Sequence record: PQ474299.1
Strand: one strand, 5' to 3'
Length of the DNA stretch: 32,000 bases
DNA from: Pseudomonas phage BL8
Of this stretch, positions 8,616-16,783 are shown in pieces; within the stretch, counting starts at the first letter, position 1; the number at the start of each line of letters is the position of its first letter. A program made the translations under genes and the position numbers. A model generated the notes under the pieces. It searched no databases. It was not told where the DNA came from and saw nothing but the letters and a program-made list of their open reading frames with translations.

Positions 8616-9081
8616 CACGGACCCCGACCGGCCCCTGGCTCCCCTCCCGCGGTCCTCCGCGGGAGGGCGTCTGGCGGAGCTGGCGGGCCTATCGCCCAAG
8701 GACTACCTCAAGACCTTCGACCGCACCAACCTGCTCCACACCTTCCCGGGGCGCTGGAAGCGGGACGACAAGTGGCCCGCCCGGGACGCGGGGATTGCCG
8801 CAGCCGCGATGAAGCCCTTGCTGGGCGGTCGGCACGTCATCCTCGTTGGGCGGAACGTCGCAGAGGCTTTCGGCTATCCGGCCCAGCACTTGGACTTCCA
8901 CCAGTGGTTTGCGGATGATCGCTGGGGCTTCGAGGTCGCCGTGGTTCCGCACACCTCGGGGCGCAACCATTGGTACAGGAAGCCTGGGCACGAGGACGCC
9001 GCCCGGGCCTTCTGGGGAGAAGTTGTACAACGGTTCGCCCTCCGCCGTCCAACGGTTGTTGGCCTTCGGACCGGGACCTGA
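8575..9081 (+). CDS. Uracil-DNA glycosylase superfamily-like protein
   Basis: 'LLIGQAPGPNTDPDRPLAP...GRLAELAGL' (motif 1-like) and 'HVILVGRNVAEAFG....VAVVPHTSGRNHWYRKPGHEDAARAFWG' (motif 2-like). Confidence 0.75.
   Translation: MNKPLLIGQAPGPNTDPDRPLAPLPRSSAGGRLAELAGLSPKDYLKTFDRTNLLHTFPGRWKRDDKWPARDAGIAAAAMKPLLGGRHVILVGRNVAEAFGYPAQHLDFHQWFADDRWGFEVAVVPHTSGRNHWYRKPGHEDAARAFWGEVVQRFALRRPTVVGLRTGT
8642..8667. repeat. Perfect 11-bp palindrome with 4-nt loop inside the UDG-like CDS
   Basis: CCCTCCCGCGG-TCCT-CCGCGGGAGGG. Confidence 0.8.
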
Positions 9082-9099
9082 AAAAGTTTAGTCAAACCA

Positions 9100-9138
9100 C
9101 TTTACTTCTTCGGGGGCTGGGGTTAAGATTCTCTCACG
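9100..9138 (+). promoter_or_regulatory. Phage promoter of the recurrent 23-bp double-box class (divergent -10)
   Basis: TTTACTTCTTCGG at 9101 and TAAGATTCTCTCAC at 9124, upstream of the CDS at 9181. Confidence 0.7.
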
Positions 9139-9180
9139 GTCGAACAAGATCGCACCTCAACCCCAGAAAAGGAGCCTACC

Positions 9181-9864
9181 ATGAACGCCATCAACTTCAA
9201 CAACGTCGCCTACACCGAAGCCTCCCTGAGCGAGCTGTCCGGCCCGGCCCTGGTCGAGCTGTACAACGAAGTCATCGGCACCTTCCGCAACGGCGAGTCC
9301 GTCCCGAACGTCCGCCGCTTTGCCGACAAGACCACCGCCATTGCCCGCACCTGGAAGATGCTTCAGCGTTATGCCGAAGCGCACCCGGAAGTTGAGGCTG
9401 ACGAGCAGGCCGAACCCCAGAAGGTCGAAACCGTGAACGAAACCGCAACCCCCGCCCCCGTCGCTGCTCCGAAGGCCCAGAAGGCTCCGAAGTCCGCGGA
9501 GGAGAAGAAGGCCCGCGCCCCGCGCGGCACCAACCTGGCCGCCCCGGGCCACGCCCCGATCCCCTGCCGCGAGGGCTCGAAGCAGGCCATGCTCCTGGAC
9601 ATGCTGTCCCGCCCGAACGGTGCGACCATGGCTGAACTGATCGAAGCCCTGAGTGGCGGCAACAAGCCCTGGACCGAAGCCACCGTGCGCTCCGGCTTCG
9701 GCTGGGACATGAAGCTGAAGGGCTACGGGGTCCGCTCCGCCTTCGCCGCGGACGGCACTGAGCGGTTCCACATCGTGGTCCCGGAAGGCCACGCGATCCC
9801 GGCCCACAAGCCGCTGAAGTCCGCCCCGAAGGCTGACGCCCGCCAGACCCGCCTGGCCGACTGA
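9181..9864 (+). CDS. DUF3489-like protein with basic linker (possible nucleoid/regulatory role)
   Basis: Pro/Ala/Lys-rich central linker, then 'SKQAMLLDMLSRPNGATMAELIEALSGGNKPWTEATVRSGFGWDMKLKGYGVRS', typical of DUF3489 winged-helix-like domains. Dedicated promoter. Confidence 0.75.
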   Translation: MNAINFNNVAYTEASLSELSGPALVELYNEVIGTFRNGESVPNVRRFADKTTAIARTWKMLQRYAEAHPEVEADEQAEPQKVETVNETATPAPVAAPKAQKAPKSAEEKKARAPRGTNLAAPGHAPIPCREGSKQAMLLDMLSRPNGATMAELIEALSGGNKPWTEATVRSGFGWDMKLKGYGVRSAFAADGTERFHIVVPEGHAIPAHKPLKSAPKADARQTRLAD

Positions 9865-9874
9865 GGCCGGAGTC

Positions 9875-10138
9875 ATGGGAGCCTCGGAGCGCACCTATGA
9901 CTACCTGCTCCGCCGGGTGGAGTACCCGGCGGAGCGGGGATACAGAATGGAGCCCTTCAAGCTACCTCCGTGGATTCACGTTGTGATCACGGAGGACGGC
10001 GACAGCAAGTGGCTGACGGTCCATTCCCGTATTCACGTCAACAAAGAAGTCCGCATGGAGCCTTCCTTCAGTCGCCAATTCTCTGATTGGGACATCTTGA
10101 AGGACCTGAGCGGGAAAATCAGTCACGCATACTTGTGA
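9875..10138 (+). CDS. Hypothetical protein
   Basis: ORF MGASERTYDYLLRRVEYPAERGYRMEPFKLPPWIHVVITEDGDSKWLTVHSR... Confidence 0.55.
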   Translation: MGASERTYDYLLRRVEYPAERGYRMEPFKLPPWIHVVITEDGDSKWLTVHSRIHVNKEVRMEPSFSRQFSDWDILKDLSGKISHAYL

Positions 10139-11023
<885 letters not shown>

Positions 11024-11024
11024 G

Positions 11025-11861
11025 ATGATCGTCAACAACACCCCGGTCGAAACCTATGAGCTCAACGGGGTCCCGATCCTCGTGAAGCGGGAGGACCTGT
11101 GCGCCCCGCTCCCGGGTCCGTCCTTCAGCAAGATTCGCGGAGTTGTCGCCCATATCAAGAACCGGCCTGAGACCACCATCGGCTGTCTGGACACGTACCA
11201 CTCGAAGGCGGGCTGGGCGGTCGCCTACGTCTGCCAGCAGCTCGGGAAACAGGCCGTGGACTACTGGCCCCGCTTCAAGCGCGACGGGGCCGCGGACGCC
11301 CCGCGCGTCCAACAGCAGCACGCTCGCCAGCTCGGGGCGGACCTCGTGGACATCCCGGCGGGCCGCTCCGCGATCCTGTACCATACGGCCAAGAAGCACC
11401 TGCGGGAGAACTACCACGACAGCTACCTGATGCCGAACGCCCTGAAGCTCCCGGAGTCGATCACGGAGAACGCCGCGGAGGCCGTCCGCACCGCCCCTCA
11501 CCTCCCGGACTCCGGGACCCTGGTCATCAGTATCAGCTCGGGGACGGTCGCCGCCGGGGTGCTCAAGGGCTTCGAGGAGGCGGGCCTGCTCCGCAACTAC
11601 AACGTCATCCTCCACATGGGATACTCGCGGAGCCAGGACGCCACCCGGGAGTACATCGAGAAGGCCGCGGGCCTGACCCTGGGCGACCGGATCAAGTTCA
11701 TTGACGAGGGCTACGGGTACGCGGACGCGGCCCGGGACGCCTCCGCCCCGTTCCCCTGCAACCCGTTCTATGATCTGAAGGCTTGGAAGTGGCTGAGTGA
11801 CCCGCTCAACCTGGCTTCCGTCCATCCACGCCCCATCGTGTTCTGGAACATCGGGGAGTGA
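11025..11861 (+). CDS. PLP-dependent enzyme, fold-type II (TrpB/ACC deaminase-like), DNA hypermodification candidate
   Basis: 'VPILVKREDLCAPLPGPSFSKIRGV' (Schiff-base Lys context), 'TYHSKAGWAVAYVCQQLG', glycine/serine-rich 'ISSGTVAAGVLKGFEEAG'. Confidence 0.85.
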   Translation: MIVNNTPVETYELNGVPILVKREDLCAPLPGPSFSKIRGVVAHIKNRPETTIGCLDTYHSKAGWAVAYVCQQLGKQAVDYWPRFKRDGAADAPRVQQQHARQLGADLVDIPAGRSAILYHTAKKHLRENYHDSYLMPNALKLPESITENAAEAVRTAPHLPDSGTLVISISSGTVAAGVLKGFEEAGLLRNYNVILHMGYSRSQDATREYIEKAAGLTLGDRIKFIDEGYGYADAARDASAPFPCNPFYDLKAWKWLSDPLNLASVHPRPIVFWNIGE

Positions 11862-11875
11862 CCCAATTCATAGTG

Positions 11876-11914
11876 CTTTACTTCTTCCGGGTAAGGCACT
11901 AGACTTTTTCGCAA
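11876..11914 (+). promoter_or_regulatory. Phage promoter of the recurrent 23-bp double-box class
   Basis: TTTACTTCTTCCG at 11877 and TAGACTTTTTCGCA at 11900, upstream of the radical SAM CDS. Confidence 0.75.
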
Positions 11915-11932
11915 TAGATGAGGAGTTGAACT

Positions 11933-13375
11933 ATGGACCACGCAGCATGGCTGAATGAAGAAACCGGCGAAGCCGCTCAGGAGGCTTACAAGTATTTCAT
12001 GCGCCCGGACCCGAACCAACGGGAGTTCCTGGGCCCAATCGAGGAGGAGGATGACCCGCTGACCGGCATGCGCGCGAAGTTCCGCATGGCCAAGGTGGGG
12101 ATGGTCCGCAACGCGAAGGATGACGACAAGAAGGAGGTCAAGGTGTATCTTGGCTTCAATGACGTCACCTACCTCCCGCACATCCGCATCCCGAACGCCA
12201 AGCCCCTTCAGGGCTGGTACCAGGACAAGCACAACGACAAGCGAGGCTCCCGCGCCCGCCCCTGCTTCAGCGAGGCGATCCTGACGGAGCCTTATGGGGG
12301 CTACTGCACCGTGGGTTGCGCCTTCTGCTACGTCAACAGCGGGTTCCGGGGCTACCGCGGCACCGGCCTCATCAGCGTCCCGGTGAACTACGGCGAGCAG
12401 GTCCGCAACATGCTCTCGAAGTCCCGGACCTCCGCCGCGGGCTACTTCTCCAGCTTCACGGACCCCTTCCTGCCGATTGAGGACGTGTACCACAACACCC
12501 AGCAGGGGGCGGAAGCCTTCGTGGAGTTGGGCCTGCCCATCTTCTTCCTGAGCCGTCTCAGCTACCCGTCCTGGGCCATCGACCTCCTGAAGCGGAACCC
12601 CTACAGCTACGCCCAGAAGTCGCTGAACACCGGCAACGACCGCGATTGGCACAAGTTGTCCCCCGGGGCCATTTCCCTCCAGGACCACATTGACGAAATC
12701 GCGGAGCTGCGCCGTCAGGGCATCTACACGTCCATTCAGGTCAATCCGGTGGTCCCGGGGATCGTCACCCATGACGACATCCGCCACCTGTTCGAGCGCC
12801 TGGCCGCGGTCGGCAACAACCACGTGATCGTGAAGTTTGTGGAAGCGGGCTACAGCTGGGCTCCGGCGATGATCGAACGTCTCCACAAGCGGTTCGGCCC
12901 GGAGCGCACCAAAGCCTTCATGGACCTGTTCACGGAGAACCAGGCCGGAGCCCAAAAGACCATCGCGGAGCCGTACCGGGTCGAAGCCCACCAGCTGTAC
13001 CGGAAGTGGGCGACGGAGCTGGGCATGACCTACGCGACGTGCTATGAGTACCGCCGCGGGAAGCCCGGAACCGGCGAACCGGCCTGGCTTTCGATGGGCC
13101 GTGAAATGATCACCGCGGACCAGTGCCACGGCCAGCGCGTCCCGATGTTCACCCGGACCGATCTGGGCCAGCCCTTCCAGGAGGTCAAGGAGTGCGCCCC
13201 CACCGGCTGTCTCCACTGCGCGGACGACAATGAGGGCAAGCCCCGCTGCGGTTCGGAACTGTTCGGGGCGGCGAAGGCTCTGCGCTCGCCCGACTTCAAG
13301 AAGATCGTGGAACCGACCCCGCCGGAGGAGGACGGCGGCGAGCGCAAGATCATCCCGATCACGCAGATTGACTGA
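11933..13375 (+). CDS. Radical SAM enzyme (candidate DNA-base-linked amino acid isomerase)
   Basis: 'LTEPYGGYCTVGCAFCYVNSG' is a canonical CxxxCxxC cluster motif. 'SSFTDPFLPIEDVYHNTQQGAEAFVELGLPIFFLSRLSYP' and a Cys-rich C-terminus 'ECAPTGCLHCADDNEGKPRCG'. Confidence 0.9.
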   Translation: MDHAAWLNEETGEAAQEAYKYFMRPDPNQREFLGPIEEEDDPLTGMRAKFRMAKVGMVRNAKDDDKKEVKVYLGFNDVTYLPHIRIPNAKPLQGWYQDKHNDKRGSRARPCFSEAILTEPYGGYCTVGCAFCYVNSGFRGYRGTGLISVPVNYGEQVRNMLSKSRTSAAGYFSSFTDPFLPIEDVYHNTQQGAEAFVELGLPIFFLSRLSYPSWAIDLLKRNPYSYAQKSLNTGNDRDWHKLSPGAISLQDHIDEIAELRRQGIYTSIQVNPVVPGIVTHDDIRHLFERLAAVGNNHVIVKFVEAGYSWAPAMIERLHKRFGPERTKAFMDLFTENQAGAQKTIAEPYRVEAHQLYRKWATELGMTYATCYEYRRGKPGTGEPAWLSMGREMITADQCHGQRVPMFTRTDLGQPFQEVKECAPTGCLHCADDNEGKPRCGSELFGAAKALRSPDFKKIVEPTPPEEDGGERKIIPITQID

Positions 13376-13383
13376 GTAACCCA

Positions 13384-13408
13384 GGCGGGGCTCCGGCTCC
13401 GCCGTTTT
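13384..13408 (+). terminator. Rho-independent terminator after the radical SAM gene
   Basis: GGCGGGG-CTCCGG-CTCCGCC (one G-T pair) followed by GTTTT. Confidence 0.7.
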
Positions 13409-13429
13409 CAACTGAAATGGAGAACCAAG

Positions 13430-13993
13430 ATGAAGTACATCAACGTGCGGGGCTGTAACGGCTCCGGCAAGACCACCCTGCTGCGCTGCCTGGCCCGCGA
13501 TCCGCTTTGCCGCGTCATCAACGTCATCGTCCCGGACCACAAGCCGATCCCGGTGACGTATGCCCCGGACGGCATCGCCATCATCGGGGACTACACCCCC
13601 GCCGCCGCTGGAGCGACCACCGCCGGTCTGGACCGGATCAAGACTCAAGCCGCGGCCAAGGCCGTTGCGGAGCTGGTTGGGCGGGACCCGGACGTGAAGG
13701 CGGTCCTGTTCGAGGGCGTGGTGGTCAGCACCATCTACGGTCCGTGGCAGGAGTGGTCGAAGGCGAACGGCGGAATGATCTGGGCCTTCCTGGACACGCC
13801 GCTCGAAGTCTGCCTGAAGCGCATCCAGGAGCGCAACGGCGGGAAGCCCATCAAGGAGGACCAGGTGGCCGACAAGCACCGCACCATCGCCCGGGTCCGC
13901 GACAAGGCCCTGGCGGACGGCGAGACGGTCCGCGACATCCACTGGGAGACGGCCCTGAAGGACATCAAGGCCGTCATCGAGAATTTGGGCTGA
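13430..13993 (+). CDS. P-loop nucleotide kinase, candidate 5-hydroxymethyluracil DNA kinase
   Basis: 'MKYINVRGCNGSGKTTLLRCLARD' Walker A, 'VKAVLFEGVVVSTIYG', lid-like 'ERNGGKPIKEDQVADKHRTIARVRDKA'. Adjacent to the helical partner gene. Confidence 0.85.
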   Translation: MKYINVRGCNGSGKTTLLRCLARDPLCRVINVIVPDHKPIPVTYAPDGIAIIGDYTPAAAGATTAGLDRIKTQAAAKAVAELVGRDPDVKAVLFEGVVVSTIYGPWQEWSKANGGMIWAFLDTPLEVCLKRIQERNGGKPIKEDQVADKHRTIARVRDKALADGETVRDIHWETALKDIKAVIENLG

Positions 13994-14004
13994 GGACCCC
14001 GACT

Positions 14005-14976
14005 ATGACCACCCCGCGCATCAACGACATCGCCGCCTTCATGAAGGCCCGGCACGACATCTACTTGGACCGCAAGGCCGGGAAGCCCGGCCCCTGGACC
14101 GCGGACCCGGTTCTGCGTGACGGGCGGTTCTGTAACATCTTCCGGGAGCTGGACACGGTGACGATCTGGGTTGACAAGCATATCCGTCAGCCCTACGCGG
14201 ACCACCCGCACCTCTGGTTCATGCTCGCCATCGCCCGCTACATCAACTGGCCGGATACCCTCGCGGAGCTGATCCAGACCAAGCAGTGGCCCGACAACCC
14301 TGACTTCGAGCCCTCCTGGCTCACGACCGCTCTGGAGCATCGCGCCGTCCGCGGCGATAAGGTGTACACCGGAGCCTACATGATCCGCGCGGAGTCCGAC
14401 CCCTCCAAGGAGTGGTACAGCTGGACCAAGCACCGCTACATCGCGGAGATTGTCCTGGGCCGTCTCTGGCGCGACCGGGACGATTGGGAGGGGCTTCTGG
14501 ACCGTTTCCCAACGAACTCCGGGGAAGCGAACACCCTGGAGAAGGTCTGGGCACGGTTCCAGGAGCCGCAATACATCGGATGGGGACCGTTCATGGCCTA
14601 TGAGGTGGTGACTGACCTCCGCCACACCCGCTACCTGCGCAACGCCCCGGACATCTGGACTTGGGCCAACGCCGGTCCCGGGGCGATCCGCGGGCTCAAC
14701 CGCCTGTATGGGCGCGACCTCGCCGCGAAGCCCCGCCCGGAGCAGACGAACGCGGAAATGATCGAGCTGATGCAGGAGCTGAACGCCCTGGACGCCCGGG
14801 GCTTCAACGAAACCTTCGGACCGCCGCAGCTCGGGAGCCCGCACGTGGGGCCGCGGTTCGAGGCCCGGGACATCGAACACACGCTGTGCGAGTTCGACAA
14901 GTATGAGCGCGTGCGCCTGAACGAAGGCAAGATGCGCTCGAAGTATGACTGGCGCAAGGCAACCACCCTCGCCTGA
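14005..14976 (+). CDS. Helical DNA-hypermodification protein (HMUDK_hel / thymine pyrophosphorylase-like)
   Basis: 'DGRFCNIFRELDTVTIWVDKHIRQPYADHPHLWFMLAIARYINWP', 'FQEPQYIGWGPFMAYEVVTDLRHT', 'ARDIEHTLCEFDKYERVRLNEGKMRSKY' match the hallmark pattern of the helical domain associated with 5-hmdU DNA kinases. Confidence 0.85.
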   Translation: MTTPRINDIAAFMKARHDIYLDRKAGKPGPWTADPVLRDGRFCNIFRELDTVTIWVDKHIRQPYADHPHLWFMLAIARYINWPDTLAELIQTKQWPDNPDFEPSWLTTALEHRAVRGDKVYTGAYMIRAESDPSKEWYSWTKHRYIAEIVLGRLWRDRDDWEGLLDRFPTNSGEANTLEKVWARFQEPQYIGWGPFMAYEVVTDLRHTRYLRNAPDIWTWANAGPGAIRGLNRLYGRDLAAKPRPEQTNAEMIELMQELNALDARGFNETFGPPQLGSPHVGPRFEARDIEHTLCEFDKYERVRLNEGKMRSKYDWRKATTLA

Positions 14977-14986
14977 TCGAAACCCC

Positions 14987-15008
14987 GCCGCCGGACCATT
15001 CCGGCGGC
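14987..15008. other. Intergenic 9-bp perfect hairpin
   Basis: GCCGCCGGA-CCAT-TCCGGCGGC, 24 nt upstream of the next ATG, no U tract. Confidence 0.7.
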
Positions 15009-15031
15009 ACCAACGAAATGGAGAAACCATC

Positions 15032-15592
15032 ATGGCTGTACGTCTGTCCAATTACATCCGCGAGCAGGTCCGTGACGCGATCCTCGCCCACTCCTTCTCC
15101 GACCGCGAGAAGGCCCTGGACGCCCGCGAGAAGGAGCTGGCGCTGGAGTTCTACAACGACCTGTACCCGGAAGCGGTCCGCGCCCACATGTACGCCCTGC
15201 CCAACGGCTTCCTCGAAGTCCGCAGCAACATCCGCGTCCAGGTGGTTGGGGAGTCCTACCACTCGCTGGACCTCCCGGAGAAGAAGCGCGTGGCCGATTG
15301 CTGGGCCTCGAACCCCGGCAAGGTCTATGATGCGGGCCACCCGCTGGGCGAGAAGCTGCGCACCTACCTGAAGGACCGCGCCCAGTTCAAGCGCGAGCGG
15401 GAGGAGGCCAAGACCGGAGCCTGGGACGTCCTCGAAAGCGTGACCACGGTCAACAAGCTGATTCAGGTCTGGCCGGAGGTGGAGCAGTTCGCCCGCCCCT
15501 TCGCGGTTGAATCGCCGTCCCGGGCTATCGCACTGCCGATCCAGGACCTGAACGCCCGCCTGGGCCTTCCGCCGCAGACCGCTTCGGCTTAA
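15032..15592 (+). CDS. Nmad5-like nucleotide-modification-associated protein (tentative)
   Basis: 'MAVRLSNYIREQVRDAILAHSFSDREKALDAREKELALEFYNDLYPEAVRAHMYALPNGFL' plus position inside the modification cluster. ATG preceded by GAAATGGAGAAA. Confidence 0.6.
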   Translation: MAVRLSNYIREQVRDAILAHSFSDREKALDAREKELALEFYNDLYPEAVRAHMYALPNGFLEVRSNIRVQVVGESYHSLDLPEKKRVADCWASNPGKVYDAGHPLGEKLRTYLKDRAQFKREREEAKTGAWDVLESVTTVNKLIQVWPEVEQFARPFAVESPSRAIALPIQDLNARLGLPPQTASA

Positions 15593-15605
15593 CAGGAGGG
15601 GGGCC

Positions 15606-15719
15606 ATGATCTTCTCGCCGTTCTGGTGGTACTGGAGCTGGTGGTTGGTCTGGCTCCCTCGCCCCCGCGTCCTTCGCCGGACCGGCAACGTCATCTTCGT
15701 GGAGTTTAACAAGAAATGA
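15606..15719 (+). CDS. Tryptophan-rich 37-aa putative membrane microprotein
   Basis: Strong SD-like AGGAGGGGG upstream. MIFSPFWWYWSWWLVWLPRPRVLRRTGNVIFVEFNKK. ATGA overlap with the next gene. Absent from the supplied ORF track because of its size. Confidence 0.6.
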   Translation: MIFSPFWWYWSWWLVWLPRPRVLRRTGNVIFVEFNKK

Positions 15720-16771
15720 AAGTCATCAAGACCCGCAACGTACAACAGGCCCTCCCGGAGGCCCTGTATCAACTGTCCTTCGAGGGCGTCCGCCGCGACT
15801 CGCGCAACGGCCCCGTGTTCATGTTCCCGGAACCCGTCACCACCGTGTACCTCCGCCCGGCGGAGCGCGTGCTGTTCTGGGCGGAACGGGACGCCAACCC
15901 CTTCTTCCACCTGATGGAAAGCCTCTGGATGCTGGGCGGACGCAATGATGTGGAGTACGTCGCCCGCTTCGTGGATCGCATGCGCAGCTACTCGGATGAC
16001 GGCCTGACCTTCCACGGGGCCTACGGCTTCCGCTGGCGCCAGCACTTCTTCGAGGACCAGCTGCCCAAGATCATCGCCGCCCTGAAGGCGAACCGCGATG
16101 ACCGCCGCCAGGTCCTGTCGATGTGGGACGCGGACGCGGACCTGGGCCGCCAAGGCAAGGACCTCCCCTGCAACCTTCAGGCCATCTTCCAGATCGCCTG
16201 CGACGGTCGCCTGGACATGACCGTGACCAACCGCTCCAACGACCTGATCTGGGGAGCCTACGGGGCCAACGCGGTCCATTTCAGCTACCTCCATGAGTAC
16301 GTCGCCCGGAGTGTCGGGGTTGAACAAGGCATCTACCGCCAAGTCAGCGCCAACTTCCACGCCTATGAGGAGGTGCTGGACAAGGTCGCCCCGCTCGCTG
16401 ACCTCGCCGCCAACCCGATGACCGGGAAGGAGACGCCCGACCCCTACGCCGCCGGGATCGCGGAGCCGTACCCGCTGATGTCCACGGACCCGGAGGAGTG
16501 GAACCAGGAGCTGATGATGTTCCTGAGCGAGCCGGACGCCGTGGGCTTCCGTGACCCGTTCTTCCGTCGCGTGGCGATCCCGATGCTGAAGGCCCACAAG
16601 GCTTTCAAGCAGACCTCCAACCCCTCCCGCTTTGACGCCGCCTTGGCGGAGCTGGACAACGTCGCCGCCACCGACTGGAAGCTGGCCGGGGTGGAATGGA
16701 TCGAACGCCGCCGCGCCGCCTTCGAGGCCCGCAAGGCCCGGGCGATGGACGATGGCGTGGCATATGAGTGA
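15716..16771 (+). CDS. Thymidylate synthase-family protein, probable dUMP hydroxymethylase
   Basis: 'ERDANPFFHLMESLWMLGGRNDVEYVARF', 'GAYGFRWR', 'DLPCNLQAIFQIACDGRLDMTVTNRSNDLIWGAYGANAVHFSYLHEYVA' align with the TS catalytic Cys, Arg/Asp and Asn regions. Confidence 0.88.
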   Translation: MKVIKTRNVQQALPEALYQLSFEGVRRDSRNGPVFMFPEPVTTVYLRPAERVLFWAERDANPFFHLMESLWMLGGRNDVEYVARFVDRMRSYSDDGLTFHGAYGFRWRQHFFEDQLPKIIAALKANRDDRRQVLSMWDADADLGRQGKDLPCNLQAIFQIACDGRLDMTVTNRSNDLIWGAYGANAVHFSYLHEYVARSVGVEQGIYRQVSANFHAYEEVLDKVAPLADLAANPMTGKETPDPYAAGIAEPYPLMSTDPEEWNQELMMFLSEPDAVGFRDPFFRRVAIPMLKAHKAFKQTSNPSRFDAALAELDNVAATDWKLAGVEWIERRRAAFEARKARAMDDGVAYE

Positions 16772-16783
16772 GGAGACGCAACA

